From Takakia lepidozioides (Eukaryota > Plantae > Bryophyta), in the NCBI GenBank assembly GCA_030704615.1, contig CM060731.1, positions 15,872,001 to 15,936,000 of the forward strand: a stretch of 64,000 nucleotides of DNA, in the 5' to 3' direction. The notes below the pieces were generated by a model, which worked only from the letters and a program-made list of their open reading frames with translations, was not told the origin of the DNA and ran no database searches. Within the stretch, counting starts at the first letter, position 1. Each line of letters opens with the position of its first letter. Shown one piece after another: positions 51,726 through 63,265 of this stretch. The position numbers and the translations under genes are program-made.

Positions 51726-54700
51726 TTAATGTTCTAGCGATTGTCTAAGGGTGAAGGCCTCGTGCAGGTAGGCTGCCAAGCATTTTTTATCCTCATAGTG
51801 AAAGACATCAGTGAGAGTTTGGGTTCCACTGAATAAACAGTGGAATCTCCCACGGATCTCGTAGTATAGAGGGCAGTAGAAGAAGAAGTGTTCTTCAGTT
51901 TCAATTTCCTTGCTGCGCCCTATGCAAGCTGGACATAGGCGGTCCTCCCGTTGCAGGTTTTCCCATCTGCCAGTCTCTATCCGTAGGTTATGGGAACCCA
52001 CCCTGAACCGCCCCAATGCCCTCAAGAGGGAAGGAGATAAGGGTGCTGAAAGGTAATTTGGTCTCAAGATTCTATCATCGCGGAGCACCAAGAATGTCTC
52101 TCGATAGAAGTGGAGCTTTGTCGTGAGATTGGGTAGCATCCAAGTTCTCTTGACATGTAATTCCATAAGCTCTCTCCGAATGAGTCTGTTGCGCATCTGG
52201 GTTCATTGGTAATAGGAAAGCCGTAGAAAGTCCGTTACGTTGAAATAAACTGTCCACTCGAGCATACCAGGAGTTCCTGAAACCTGCAGCTTTGAGCCTC
52301 ATAGATGTTGTGAGGGCCCTAGCCACTAGCCCTTTGGGTGGAAGGGCCTGCAATCTATGGAGAAAGATTGTAAGCCTGAAGAGGGCCTCGGATTGCAATG
52401 GTACACATGCGAACTCTGCACCTAGGATCTGAGATGGAGTTGTGCTCCTGGCGCCAAGCATTGCTTGGAGAAAAGATGACTGTAATGGTTCCAAATTCTT
52501 TTCCCACCAGGAGACAGGGACACCAGGTGCCCAGAACTCACAACCATAGATGGTAGCAGGGCTGACGACGGTGTCAAACAGCCACTTTTTGGTCGGGGGA
52601 TGCCGCAGATGTATTTGCTTGCATTTGGCCTGAAGGCGGACGGAGGCCGCCTTACCTTTAGTCAACCTGTCCAAGGCAGTGGCTGCAAAGTGAAACTTGG
52701 GGGAGTGGATAACCAGACCTAGGTACCGGTATGATTTCACAATCTCAATTTCCTGCTGGTTGAAGATGAATCTACGATCAGCCTGGCCATTGAAGACCAT
52801 GATCTTGGTCTTGCTAAGATTGACCTGCATCCCATAGTCTTTGCAGAACTGTTCCAAAATTTTGAGATGGCGTTGCAGAAAGACTGGGGATTGTGCCAAA
52901 AGGGCAACATCATCAGCATAGAGGAGATCTGATTGGGTTGGTCCCCCATCCAATGGGACCCCAACCCCATGGTTTTTTGATATGTAATTCTCCAAGGCGT
53001 CAATGTAGATCCCGAACAGGGTAGGTGAAAGGGGGCAGCCCTGTTTGACTCCAATGTTGCTGTGGATCTCGGCTGAGAATTCACCAGCGACGTTGACCAT
53101 GCCAGTGACAATCTCATACATAGAAGAGATGGCACAAAGGATGTCTGGAGGGACTTCCACTCTATGGAGCCGTTGGAAGAGAAGGTCCCGAGGAACTGAA
53201 TCAAAGGCTTTGTGAAAGTCCACGAAGCAAACATAGACCATTCTTTTGTCATAGCGTGCACTTTCCACCATAACTTGAAGAGTGAAGATGTGGTCAATAG
53301 TGGATCGGTTTCGACGGAAACCAGCCTGTCCCTCAGCACGAATGCGAGAGTGCTCAGCCCAATCATCCAGTTCCATGGCCACTACTGCCCCAAACAGTTT
53401 AGCAAGTAATGAGGACACCATGATAGTACAATAGTTTGTCGGTGCGAGCCTGTCACCGCTCTTAAAAAGTGGGTGGATGATGCTCTTTGTCCACTCTGTT
53501 GGGAAGCCCCGTTGCACCACCTCATTGAAGAGGTTAGCTATAAAAGGGGCTAAAGTAGGTGCAGCATGCTTGATGAATTCACTCTGAAGTCTTGAAATGT
53601 CCACCGCTCTGCCATTTTGCAGCTTCTTGATTGCCTTACTGACATTGGCTGTAGTAAAGAGAGAGAAGTGAAGGGGTTTAGAGGTTATAGGAGAAGGAGT
53701 TTGGGTTGGGGAATGGTACAAAGACTGTGCATACTCATGCCAGACATGAATGTCAGTGATTGGGAGGGGATCTCTATGAGGTTTAAGGAGGGACCAAAAA
53801 GATCGAGGAGAAAATCTGATTTTAGCAAGGAAAGAAGATTGCAACTTTATAGTGTAGGCTTGCTTTTTGGATCTAATGAGGGACTTATAGTGCTTAAGAG
53901 CAAGATTAGTGGACTCTGGAGAAGAATTGGTATCAAGTAGTAAAAATTTGATGCGACGTCTAGCAGTCTTGCATTCCTCATCATAAAATGGTGCGTAACG
54001 ACGAGTGGAGAAGGGTGAGGAGGTAGATGGAAGGGTGACGGGAAAGGATCGCAGGGCTGAGTCCCAAAGGGCTTGAGTAAGATGTGTAGCCTTGTCGTTA
54101 GGAGATGATAGATGTAGAATGGAAGGGAGGGTTGACGCTAGGTATGTTTCATACTCGGCGTCGTGTAAGTGAGAGAAAGGGGTATTAAAGTGGATACGTG
54201 GGTGTAAAGGAAGAGACACAGAGGGGATCCTCACGGGGAGGGAGATGGAAGGAAATGCAAAGGAAAGGCAAGAGTGATCAGAATCTGGGTACCTCGTGAT
54301 ATAAAAGGAGCTTATTCTATCAGGCTTGTTGGGGCTCCCCAAGAGATAGTCAACCACGCTTTGGCCCTTGTACGTGTGGCAAGTGAATTGGCTGGAGGAT
54401 TTGAAGTTGGTTGTTCCATTGTAAATGGACAGCCCCTGAGTTTCACAAAACTTGAGTAGATGATGACCGTAACTTGTGATTTCGCAAGAGGAATCTGCAC
54501 TTTGCCTCTCCAATTCCGTATGCGAGCGTTGGATGTGTAGAGGATCTGTGTGGTCGAAGGTGGGGGCCTGTAGTGATCCTGTACGGGCGTTGAAATCTCC
54601 AACCAAGAAGTCCGTTTGTGGGGTACGGAGACGGGCCATATCGTCTTCCAATGGAACATATGGTGAATCTGTTCGAATATGTAGGCCGCTGTGCAGAGAT

Positions 54701-55065
54701 GCGGCCGGAGCAAAATAACATCCCTCCAGCAGGATGTTGTAGCCTTTGATGTGACACCAAATGTACCTTGCCAGTGGGTCTTTGTATGGGAAGGAGATAA
54801 GTGGGAGAAGCCAGTCAGCAAAGTAACAAGCCACACCTCCAGATCCTTTGAGACCTGTACGTAGACGAATCACTGACTGAAAGCTATACCCGAGAATAAA
54901 AGGGGGGTCATTTCTTTCATACGCATGAGTTTCCAAAAGAAAAAGAACATCACACTTGGAAAGAATATCTAGAAGCCGTTGAGGGTGGCTCCACAACGAG
55001 CCATTACAGTTCCATGAGCCAATGTGTAGATGTGAGCGTGCGTTGGTCTCATGGTGCCCCAACCC
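51726..55065 (-). CDS. LINE ORF2: AP endonuclease + reverse transcriptase, one frameshift near 52197
   Basis: SWNCNG, LLET, VGDFNART, VVDY and SDH (APE); QAGFR, FVDFHKAFDSV, GVKQGCPLSPTLF and LLYADD (RT); C-terminal CPAC...EEHFFFYC in ORF 51726-52196. Confidence 0.88.
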
Positions 55066-56217
55066 CTATTTAGAGCTAGAGGGGCGACGTTCGTGCTCCC
55101 GGATAATTACCCTCCCATCTCGGTACACGGCATAGTGCCCTTGAGCTCGAGCTTGCTTAACCTGCAAGAGTTGCGCCCGCATGGCGTTGTATTGCAAAGG
55201 GGTCAAGTCATCGTTGAGGTACATACCCTGACCTCTCAATTGAGGCCTCTGCCTGAGGACTCTATCCCGAGCACCCTTGTCCTTGAATCTAATGAAGAGG
55301 ATTTTGTGCTCTGAAGATCCTGCACGCCAAGCCCTTTCAATGCCACTCGCGCCCCGTGGGAGAGCAAGGTTTTGCTGAATAAGGCCGGTGGCAGCGTCAA
55401 GAGGGTCCCTCTCAGCAAGGTCCCCTAGCTTCCCAGTGACCTTGATGTTAAGGGCTTTGAAAGCTCGTTGTTGTTCCTCTCGCAAGGTAGCCGAGACTGT
55501 CTCCTCCAGAGAGTGAGGACTGTTGTTGGATGTGCTCCCCTTAACTATATTAGCCCAGGAAGAGGCCTCTGCCTTGTGAGCTTGGAGCTCCCGAGCCATT
55601 GTAGACGTCGCAGTTCTATGTGTTTCCAGCTCTTTGCTAAGGGATTCCACCTGCAGGTGGATACTTGCTGTGAGGGGATCTGGGAGGCTCTTTTCTGTGA
55701 AGGTTTTCACTTCGCCTTCAAGTTTTGAAAGACGCGTATGTGTGGATTTGTCATTGAGATGTTTCGACAGACCTTGAAGTTTGCTAGTGCACTCCTGAAG
55801 AGAGGCCCGCAAAACGCTATCCTGAACTCGCATATTGTTCTCCAAGTTTGTGTATCTGTCTGTCATGCGCTTCTGCCAATCTTTGTCCAAGGAATCCATG
55901 CGCTTTTCCCAATTTTTGTTAAGGGAAGCCATCTGCGTCTCCCAGTCTTTGTCTAGGGAAGCCAACCGCTCCTCCGAGTCATTGTCACGGGCGGCGAGCA
56001 CTTGCTGCAGAGTCTCCTCCGAGATGCATTTCGTTTGTAAGATGGAGATTTGGTCCCGAAGCGTTTGAACATCAGCACTCCTTGTGGAGTACTGACGCAA
56101 AGGAGAGGCTTGATGAGAGACAGGGGCAGGAAGAAGAAGCAGAGGGGAATCAGGTCGACGTGAGGGAGACGGGTAGTCTACCTCGTCGGCAGCCGTCCTT
56201 TGGCGTTTGGACGTCAT
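55066..56217 (-). CDS. LINE ORF1 (coiled coil + RRM/CTD-like region)
   Basis: Intact 383-aa ORF with a long coiled coil containing 11-aa repeats, SWANIVK, and a C-terminal ILFIRFKDK...LRGQGMYLNDDLTP segment resembling L1/Transposase_22-type ORF1 proteins. Confidence 0.8.
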   Translation of the reverse strand: MTSKRQRTAADEVDYPSPSRRPDSPLLLLPAPVSHQASPLRQYSTRSADVQTLRDQISILQTKCISEETLQQVLAARDNDSEERLASLDKDWETQMASLNKNWEKRMDSLDKDWQKRMTDRYTNLENNMRVQDSVLRASLQECTSKLQGLSKHLNDKSTHTRLSKLEGEVKTFTEKSLPDPLTASIHLQVESLSKELETHRTATSTMARELQAHKAEASSWANIVKGSTSNNSPHSLEETVSATLREEQQRAFKALNIKVTGKLGDLAERDPLDAATGLIQQNLALPRGASGIERAWRAGSSEHKILFIRFKDKGARDRVLRQRPQLRGQGMYLNDDLTPLQYNAMRAQLLQVKQARAQGHYAVYRDGRVIIREHERRPSSSK

Positions 56218-56313
56218 GGTGTGGTGGAGATGGCGCTAGCGCGCCAACGCCCGTGAGCGCAGCGCCGATGTGCTGCCGCGCGCGCGTGCGAGAGAGAAAC
56301 GAGAGAGAAAGAC

Positions 56314-56461
56314 CGAGATAAAATGAGAGCATTCAGATGAGAGAAAGAATGAGAGAGAGTCTTTCTGTATGTTACAAAGTAACTTCTTAATAATGTTTTT
56401 TTCTTCTTAGGTTCTAGACTAAGGAAGATGACTCTTCATAAGGAAGCGTCACATCTGTTCA
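56314..56461 (-). repeat. Copia 3' LTR
   Basis: 56314-56432 matches the 5' LTR. It may extend to 56461, where the minus-strand TG follows a purine tract GGAGGAGAAA (candidate PPT). Confidence 0.7.
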
Positions 56462-59400
56462 GATTTCTCCTCCAAACAACCCTAACTTTATAACAAAGCC
56501 AAGTGGCTTTGTGAGGATGTTGGCCACCATGTCCTCAGTAGGGCAGTAAACAACAAGGACATGTTTGTTGAGAATTTGTTCGCGAATGTAGTGGAATTGT
56601 ATGTCGATGTGCTTGGTCCTGTCGTGGAACTTGGTAGTGTCAATCAAAGCAATAGCACTCTGATTATCACAAAAGATAATAGTGGGATCAGTGGCATTAA
56701 GAAAGCCAAGGTCTTGGAGTAGATGACGGAAGCCAAATAGCTTCAGTGCTAGCTTTAGTCAAGGCCATGTATTCGGCCTCTGTGCTAGACAAGGCAATGG
56801 CCCGTTGCTTGCGACTGGCCCAGGTAATAACACCAGCAGAAAGAATAAAAGTGTATCCGGAGGTGGAATGCCTAGAATCGAGATTGCCACCCCAATTTGC
56901 ATCAGAAAACCCATATAGAGGGCGAGGCTGAAGAACATGAGTGTATTGGAGATATAGATGTAGAGTGCCTTTGAGGTATCGAACGATACGCTTAACGGCA
57001 ATCCAATGGGGACGACGACCTGGATTAGACATAAATTGGGCCACAACTCCCACTGGATAGGAAAGGTCGGGCCTGGTGCAAACCATTGCCCACATTAATG
57101 AACCACAAGCAGATTTATAAGGAACAGTAAGCATGAACTGCATAGCCTTGTCAGTGGTAGGACAATCTTTGGCAGAAAGATGAAGTCCCAGTTCCATAGG
57201 GGTGCGGAGGGGAACTTTGCTATCTTGCATATTAAATTCCTTGAGCTTTTGAAGGAGATACCACTTTTGAGAGAGTCGAATCCAGCCAGCAACTCTGTCC
57301 CGGGTAACTTCATGACCAACACAATGGTGGACTTCCCCTAAGTCGGTCATCTCAAATTCCTTCTTGAGACAGTCTTTCAAATAAGTAAGGAGAGAGAGAC
57401 TCTTACTTGTGATGATGGTGTCGTCCACATAAAGGGCTAAGATTCCAAAATCAGGTTGTTTATCATAAATATAGACATTGGGATCAGCCGTAGAGCGAAC
57501 AAAACCAATTTTAAAAAGGAAAATATCGATACATTTATACCACATGCGGGAGGACTATTTGAGTCCATGAATAGATCGGTGTAACTTGCAAGATCGTTGG
57601 AGATCCCCGACATCTTCAAGGCCATCGGGAATCTGCATATAAATGTCTTCGTCCAATATCCCATTAAGGAATACAGTTTTGACATCTAACTGGTGGACAT
57701 GAAGATCATATTGAGCCGCAAGTGCCCCGAATGGAAGCAATCTTCACCACAGGAGAGAATGTCTCATGGTAGTCAACTCCGTAGGATTGTGTAAAGCCCG
57801 TGGCCATTGAACCTTGCTTTGTAGCGTGCAATGGAGCCGTTAGGATTCATCTTCGGCTTGTAAACCCATTTGCAGCCTACAGCTTGGCGGCCAGTTCAGG
57901 AAGAGCTGTAATGGTCCAAGTATGATTGCGCTCCATAGAGAGAAGCTCATGTTGCATATAAGCAGCTTGCCATTGAGGGGCATCTGGTCTGGAAAGGGCT
58001 TGCAACTTGATTACAAGTCGTGGGCTCAGTGAGGTCAACACAATGAGTGAAGAAAGTGTGCTTCCTAGGGGTGGTAGGTCGAGCTAGACTGGATGGGGGT
58101 GAATAGGGTGTGGTTTGATATCCTAATTCTGGTACTTCTGCGAGGGGGAAGAGGAGATGGAGGACGAGAGCTGGGAAGAGAGGTGGATCCAGTAGCTTGG
58201 GTAGTAGGCCGTCTAGGATATGTCTTTAGAACAACATGAGACGGTGTGCCAGGAGGGGTAGGCGAGATGGGAGGAGGTACTGCTCCCACTGGAGGTGCAG
58301 GGTAGGGTGGTGGAACAATTGTATTAGGATAGGGTTGAAAGAAAGTCAACACTTGCTACAATTCTTCATCGGTAAGGCTATCAGCATTGAAAGATTCGAG
58401 GTTGACAAGAGATGAACGTCACGAGAAATAATGACCCTACGATCAGACGTGCGCTCCAGCTTACAAGCTTTAGAGGATTCACTATATCCTAAGAAGCGAC
58501 ATTATGTACTCCTGGGATCTAGCTTAGTACGAGTCTGTTCATGGACATGAGCAAAAGCAGTGCAGCCAAATACTCTCATATGAGATATGTCAGGTTTAGA
58601 ATTATGCCATAGTAGCTCATAAGGAAGCTACGGTTGGGATACGATTGTTGACATAATTGGTTGTAATCATGGCCTCTCCCCAATATGTTTTGGAGAGATA
58701 AGCATGAAATAAGGTAGATCGCACCATCTTCATGAGGGTTTGGTTCATGCGCTCTGCAACACCATTATGTTGAGGGGTATGAGGAACTGTCAACTGCCTA
58801 TGTATCCCATACTGAGCACAGAAGTCGGTAAAGGCTTGCGAAACATATTCGCCTCCATTGTCAATTCGGAGAACCTGAACTGTTTTGTAGAGTTGATTTT
58901 CAGCATAGCCACTCTTTGAAAATGTGGAGAGCATGAGACTTCTTGCGTAATAAATACAACCTAGTGTAATGCGAGTAGTCATCAATTAAAGTCATAAAGT
59001 CACGAAAACCAGAATGGGTTGCAGGTGTAAGAGGTCCACAGATGTCTCAGTGAACCTAGAAGCTTAGTAGCACGACTGGCACCATCCTTTGGGAAAGGCT
59101 TACGGTTGTGTTGGCCTTGGATACAAGACACACAAGGGGAAAATTTGTTCAAAATTATATGAGCAATGCCCCGAACCATGTTGCCAGTGAACAGTTGGTG
59201 AAGCCGTGCAACCAGGGCATGACAAGACTGACTGCGACTTCATTCTACATTATGTACAGTTGCCCCAAGATATGGAAGAAAGGCCTGCCCTGTCACAGCA
59301 TCCAGATATGGACACACATACAATTTGAGTGCCCAAGACCAAGCTCACTTGGCCAAGATAAATCATACAATGCAGGTGGCTGTTCATATGGCAAAATAAA

Positions 59401-61095
59401 GTAACTAATCACTGGCCAGAGTCCTTTAGAGCTTACCATCACTGTTTCACATGAGGCTAATGCCATGTTTTGCAAATAGCACCTCACTATGCTCCATTCC
59501 ACAACAAATCCAGGTCCACACTTCAGCAAGTGTGGCAGTAGATGCTGGGATGGCAAAAATGGGAGGGGGAGGGCATGACTCACCAAGTTTGTAAAGGTCA
59601 TTTACTTGGGGACATTTTGGCAATAAGCTGACCTTGGGAGTCTGTAAGGGAACAAATTCCACGGCGTAAAACCATCTCACCATTGGAAGAATCAAGATGT
59701 TTGATGGAATAGGGGTTCTTGGTAAGGCCAGGGACATAAAGAACATTAGATATAATGATAGGCTCACCATGAGGAAGGGTAACGTAGACATCGCCTATGC
59801 CAACAATAGATTGAGTCGAGTTGTCTCCTAAATAGACAACTTGAGCAGGATCTAAAGAGGTGTAGGTATGAAAGTGACTCCTGTCATGGGCCATGTGGTC
59901 CGTGGCACCGGTATCAACGTACCAACTAGTATCCCTTGTAGGAGTAGGAGACATAGATGTGTCAAACAAGCGTCTAAGAGCCTTTGGTCTATCCCGCTCG
60001 CTTTTCTGCGGCAATGCGCTTGCGACAGTCCTTAATGAGATGATTGGTCATCTTGTAGTAAAAGCATTTTAAAGAACACTTCCCATTAGAGCTAGGGGGC
60101 TGACTGGCAGATTGGACAGGGGATACAATTAAGGTAGAAGGTCGACCTCCTCCTCGAGGTATGAACCCCTGCTTTTGGGTGTATAGTAAAGTGGCAATAG
60201 GTTCAGGATCATCATGTTTCATCATGGTCTCCTCTTGGAGAAGATAGGTGATCAGTTGTGTAAGGGTAAGAGCCTAATTTCCTCTTAAGGCTGTTAAAAA
60301 ATTACGATATGAAGGTGACATACTACGCATCAACGATATAACAGCCTCCTCGTTAGGTACCCTCGAACCAGCAGAGCTAAGTTGATCTAACAAAGCCGAA
60401 AAGCATGAATATGTTTAGTAAGGCTCCCTCCTTGAACTTTAGAGTGACAAGCTGATCCTTAGGATATATCTTGGTCACCGTGTCTTGTGCATCATATAGA
60501 TTGTTAAGTGTTGTCCATGCTTCTTGAGCGATGGTAAAAGCAGTAACATGATTTATCTGGCTATTATCCAGGCAATTAAGAAGATAGGATAACGCAATGT
60601 TGTTTTGGTTATCCCATTCCATCTTGCTGCCAATGCCAGTAGCAGGAGTATGCACAACTGCTCCTCCTGAAGTTGGGATGGGTGTGGTGGGTCTTCGCAC
60701 TGTGCCATCAACAACACCTTGCATTTTCTCAGCTCTTAAAAACATTAGGAACCTATGTTTCCACACATGGAAATAAGTTCCATCGAATTTGGGAAGGTCA
60801 GTGATCTTTAAGTCTGTCATCTTCCCAACGATCTGTTGACTTCACAATGAAATCAGCAAAGCTGTTTTTAGAACTTCTTCATCTTCAGAAGAACTAATAC
60901 GAACCCGCCTATGCGGATCTTAAAGTGCTTATTTTTCAAAGCAGCTTACTCGAATTATATTTTGTTTTGTTGTGCTTCTGATAAGCACCTAAAAGAAAAA
61001 TGAATAAGTGAGATCCTATGGTTCGAGGCGTCCCTCGACTACTGTGGATCGCACTAGACAACTTTAGTTGGTTTCACAGGATGGCTCTGATACCA

Positions 61096-61215
61096 TGTGA
61101 TAAAATGAGAGCATTTAGATGAGAGAGAGAATGAGAGAGAATCCTTCTGTATATTACAAAGTAACTTCTTAATAATGTTTTCTTCTTTTTAGGTTCTAGA
61201 CTAAGGAAGATGACA
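61096..61215 (-). repeat. Copia 5' LTR (~120-bp core)
   Basis: TG...CA bounded, adjacent to the PBS, and near-identical to 56314-56432. Confidence 0.8.
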
Positions 61216-61534
61216 GATGTGCATTCAAATGTGTGTGTGAAGCGAACTGAGAGATAACAGTGTGGTAATGGTAGGGCAGGTGATCAAGGGATGTAATCAG
61301 GGCATTCTGGGTGCTGACGGCATACCCCCCATGCTGGCAGGTTCGTTTGGCTTCACCTGGCCCTTTTTGCAATCAATGACATTTCTGCTGTTGTTTAAAT
61401 GTGCATGCGCACAAATGCAGAGGCAAAGAGGGATGTTGTAGATGCACATCTATTGATCAGTTCTTATTGGAGTTGGATGGACACACTCTTAAAGGCATGG
61501 TACCTGCATGATACTAATTCTGCTGAAGCGACTT

Positions 61535-62905
61535 GAGGATGCGAAGGAGTTTTCAACACTATGGCTGAACGAGATGTGGTGTTGTGGAACGCGATGCTTG
61601 CAGGGTGTGCACAGCAGGGGCACGGGATAGGGCTTTGGAGACCTATAAGCAATTGATGGGGGAAGGGGTGAAGCCCGACCACATCACGTTTGTGTGCGTT
61701 TGCAGTGCGTGAGCAAGCCTGGCAGCCCTAGAAAAGGGCAAAGAGGTGCATGGTTGCATCACCAAAGTTGGAATTGTATCAGATGTGATTATGAACAATA
61801 CCCTCGTGGACATGTATACCAAATGTGGGAGCATTGACGATGCGGAGGGAGTGTTCAACACTATGGCTGAACGAGATTTGGTGTCGTGGAACACGATGCT
61901 TGCAGGATGTGCACAGCAGGGGAGCGGGATGGAGGCTTTGGAAACCTATGAGGAACTGATGGGGGAAGGGGTGAAGCCCGACCACATAACGTTTGTGTGC
62001 GTTTGCAGTGTGTGTGCAAGCCTGGCAGCCTTGGAAAAGGGCAAAGAGGTCCATGGTTGCATCGTCAAAGCTGGAAATGTATCAGATGTGATTTTGAACA
62101 ATACCCTTGTGGACATGTATGCCAAATGTGAAGGGAGTGTTCAACAATATGGCTGAACGAGATTTGGTGTCATGGAATGCCATGGTTGCAGGATATGCAC
62201 AGCGGGGCGCGGGATGGAGGCCTTGGAGATCTATGAGCAAATGATGGGGGAAGGGGTGAAGCACAACAACATCACGTTTGTGTGCGTTTGCAATGCTTGT
62301 GCAAGCCTGGCAGCCCTGGAAAAGGGCAAAGAGTGCATGGTGACATCATCAAAGCTGGAATTGTACCAGTTGTCATTCATGGTGGACATGTATCTGAAAT
62401 GTGGGTGCATTGAGGATGCAAAGGGAATATGGCTGAATGAAATGTGGTGTCGTGGAACGCGATGATTGCAGGATGTGCCCAGCATGGTTGTCATAGGGAG
62501 GTCCTGCAACTATTTGAAGGAATGCGAGCGGTTTGAAGCCGGACAGTATCACCTTTATACGTGTTCTCTCTGCATGCAGCCACACTGGCCTACTGGATGA
62601 AGGAAGACGCTACTGGGATTCCCTGAGTCAAGATTATGGTGTCACTCTGACAGTAAAGCACTTTGGCTGCATGGTGGACCTTCTTGGATGTGCGGGACAA
62701 CTGGATGAGGCAGTGGACGTGATTAATTCAATGCCATCAATCCAGATGTTGTGGTGTGGAAGGCCTTGCTTGGTGCCTGCAGAATCCATGGCAATGTGGA
62801 GTCTGAACATGTGGCAACATCTATCCTCACGTGGGATGAACATGATGCTGCGACTTATGTGTTGCTATCAAACATCTATGCTGCAGCTGGCAGGTGGGAT
62901 CCATC
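61535..62905 (+). pseudogene. PLS-class PPR (E-domain) pseudogene with tandem near-identical PLS triplets
   Basis: Repeated NTLVDMYTKCGSIDDAEGVFNTMAERDLVSWNTMLAGCAQQG...GVKPDHITFVCVCSVCASLAALEKGKEVH, then ACSHTGLLDEG, HFGCMVDLLG, VWKALLGACRIHGN and YVLLSNIYAAAGRW. Frameshifts and stops throughout. Confidence 0.9.
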
Positions 62906-63265
62906 TGGGCAGCAGAATGTTCTCTCTGCATTTTACCAGCGCCTAAACAACAAGCTGTATGTCCCATCACATTTCACATGAGCTTGTTCTTCCTTGTACA
63001 ACAATTTGACACATAGAGTAGTATATATAGCTACCTATTATGTCTCTCTTTCTCAAAAAGATGCAGAGAGGAAAAGGAGATTGTCACTGCCCAATGTGAG
63101 GATGGCCTGAAGACAATATCCATTTTCTGCTATAATGTCCGGGGTATTCTCATCAGAGAGCGACCCTTGTCAGGACCATCAGGAATATAGTCTCTGCACC
63201 TCTGTTCACTATCTTTCAAAATCTCGAGGCTGAGCCTGAAGCACCCTCTCTGAACTTGTTTCCAG

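Larger units (their letters stand above)
51622..56313 (-). mobile_element. Near-full-length non-LTR retrotransposon (APE-RT LINE, RTEX/L2-like rather than typical plant L1)
   Basis: Short 5'UTR, ORF1, ORF2 (APE endonuclease + RT + C-terminal Cys/His motif), ~100-nt 3'UTR and an (ATTTC)3 tail at 51622-51636. No TSD found. The clade assignment is inference. Confidence 0.9.
56314..61215 (-). mobile_element. Decayed Ty1/copia LTR retrotransposon
   Basis: Domain order gag (60377-60820), zinc knuckle, protease WYVDTGATDHM, integrase LRIDNGGEY...NGVAER, RT HQLDVKTVFLNG / LYVDD, RNase H SDANW / SSTEAEY / KHIDIQFH. PBS TGGTATCAGAGCC (61095-61083) matches initiator tRNA-Met. Many frameshifts. Confidence 0.92.

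Noticed and set aside
52180-52220. Programmed ribosomal frameshift in LINE ORF2
   Set aside because: The older copy reads through this region in one frame (LPQNREGVEISSEQDCNRRIRR) and is ~26 nt longer, so the shift is best explained as a deletion in this copy. No slippery heptamer was seen.
106-62981. Most short ORFs in the six-frame track
   Set aside because: They are antisense or off-frame shadows of exons, introns and TEs, often with non-ATG starts and no domain signal.
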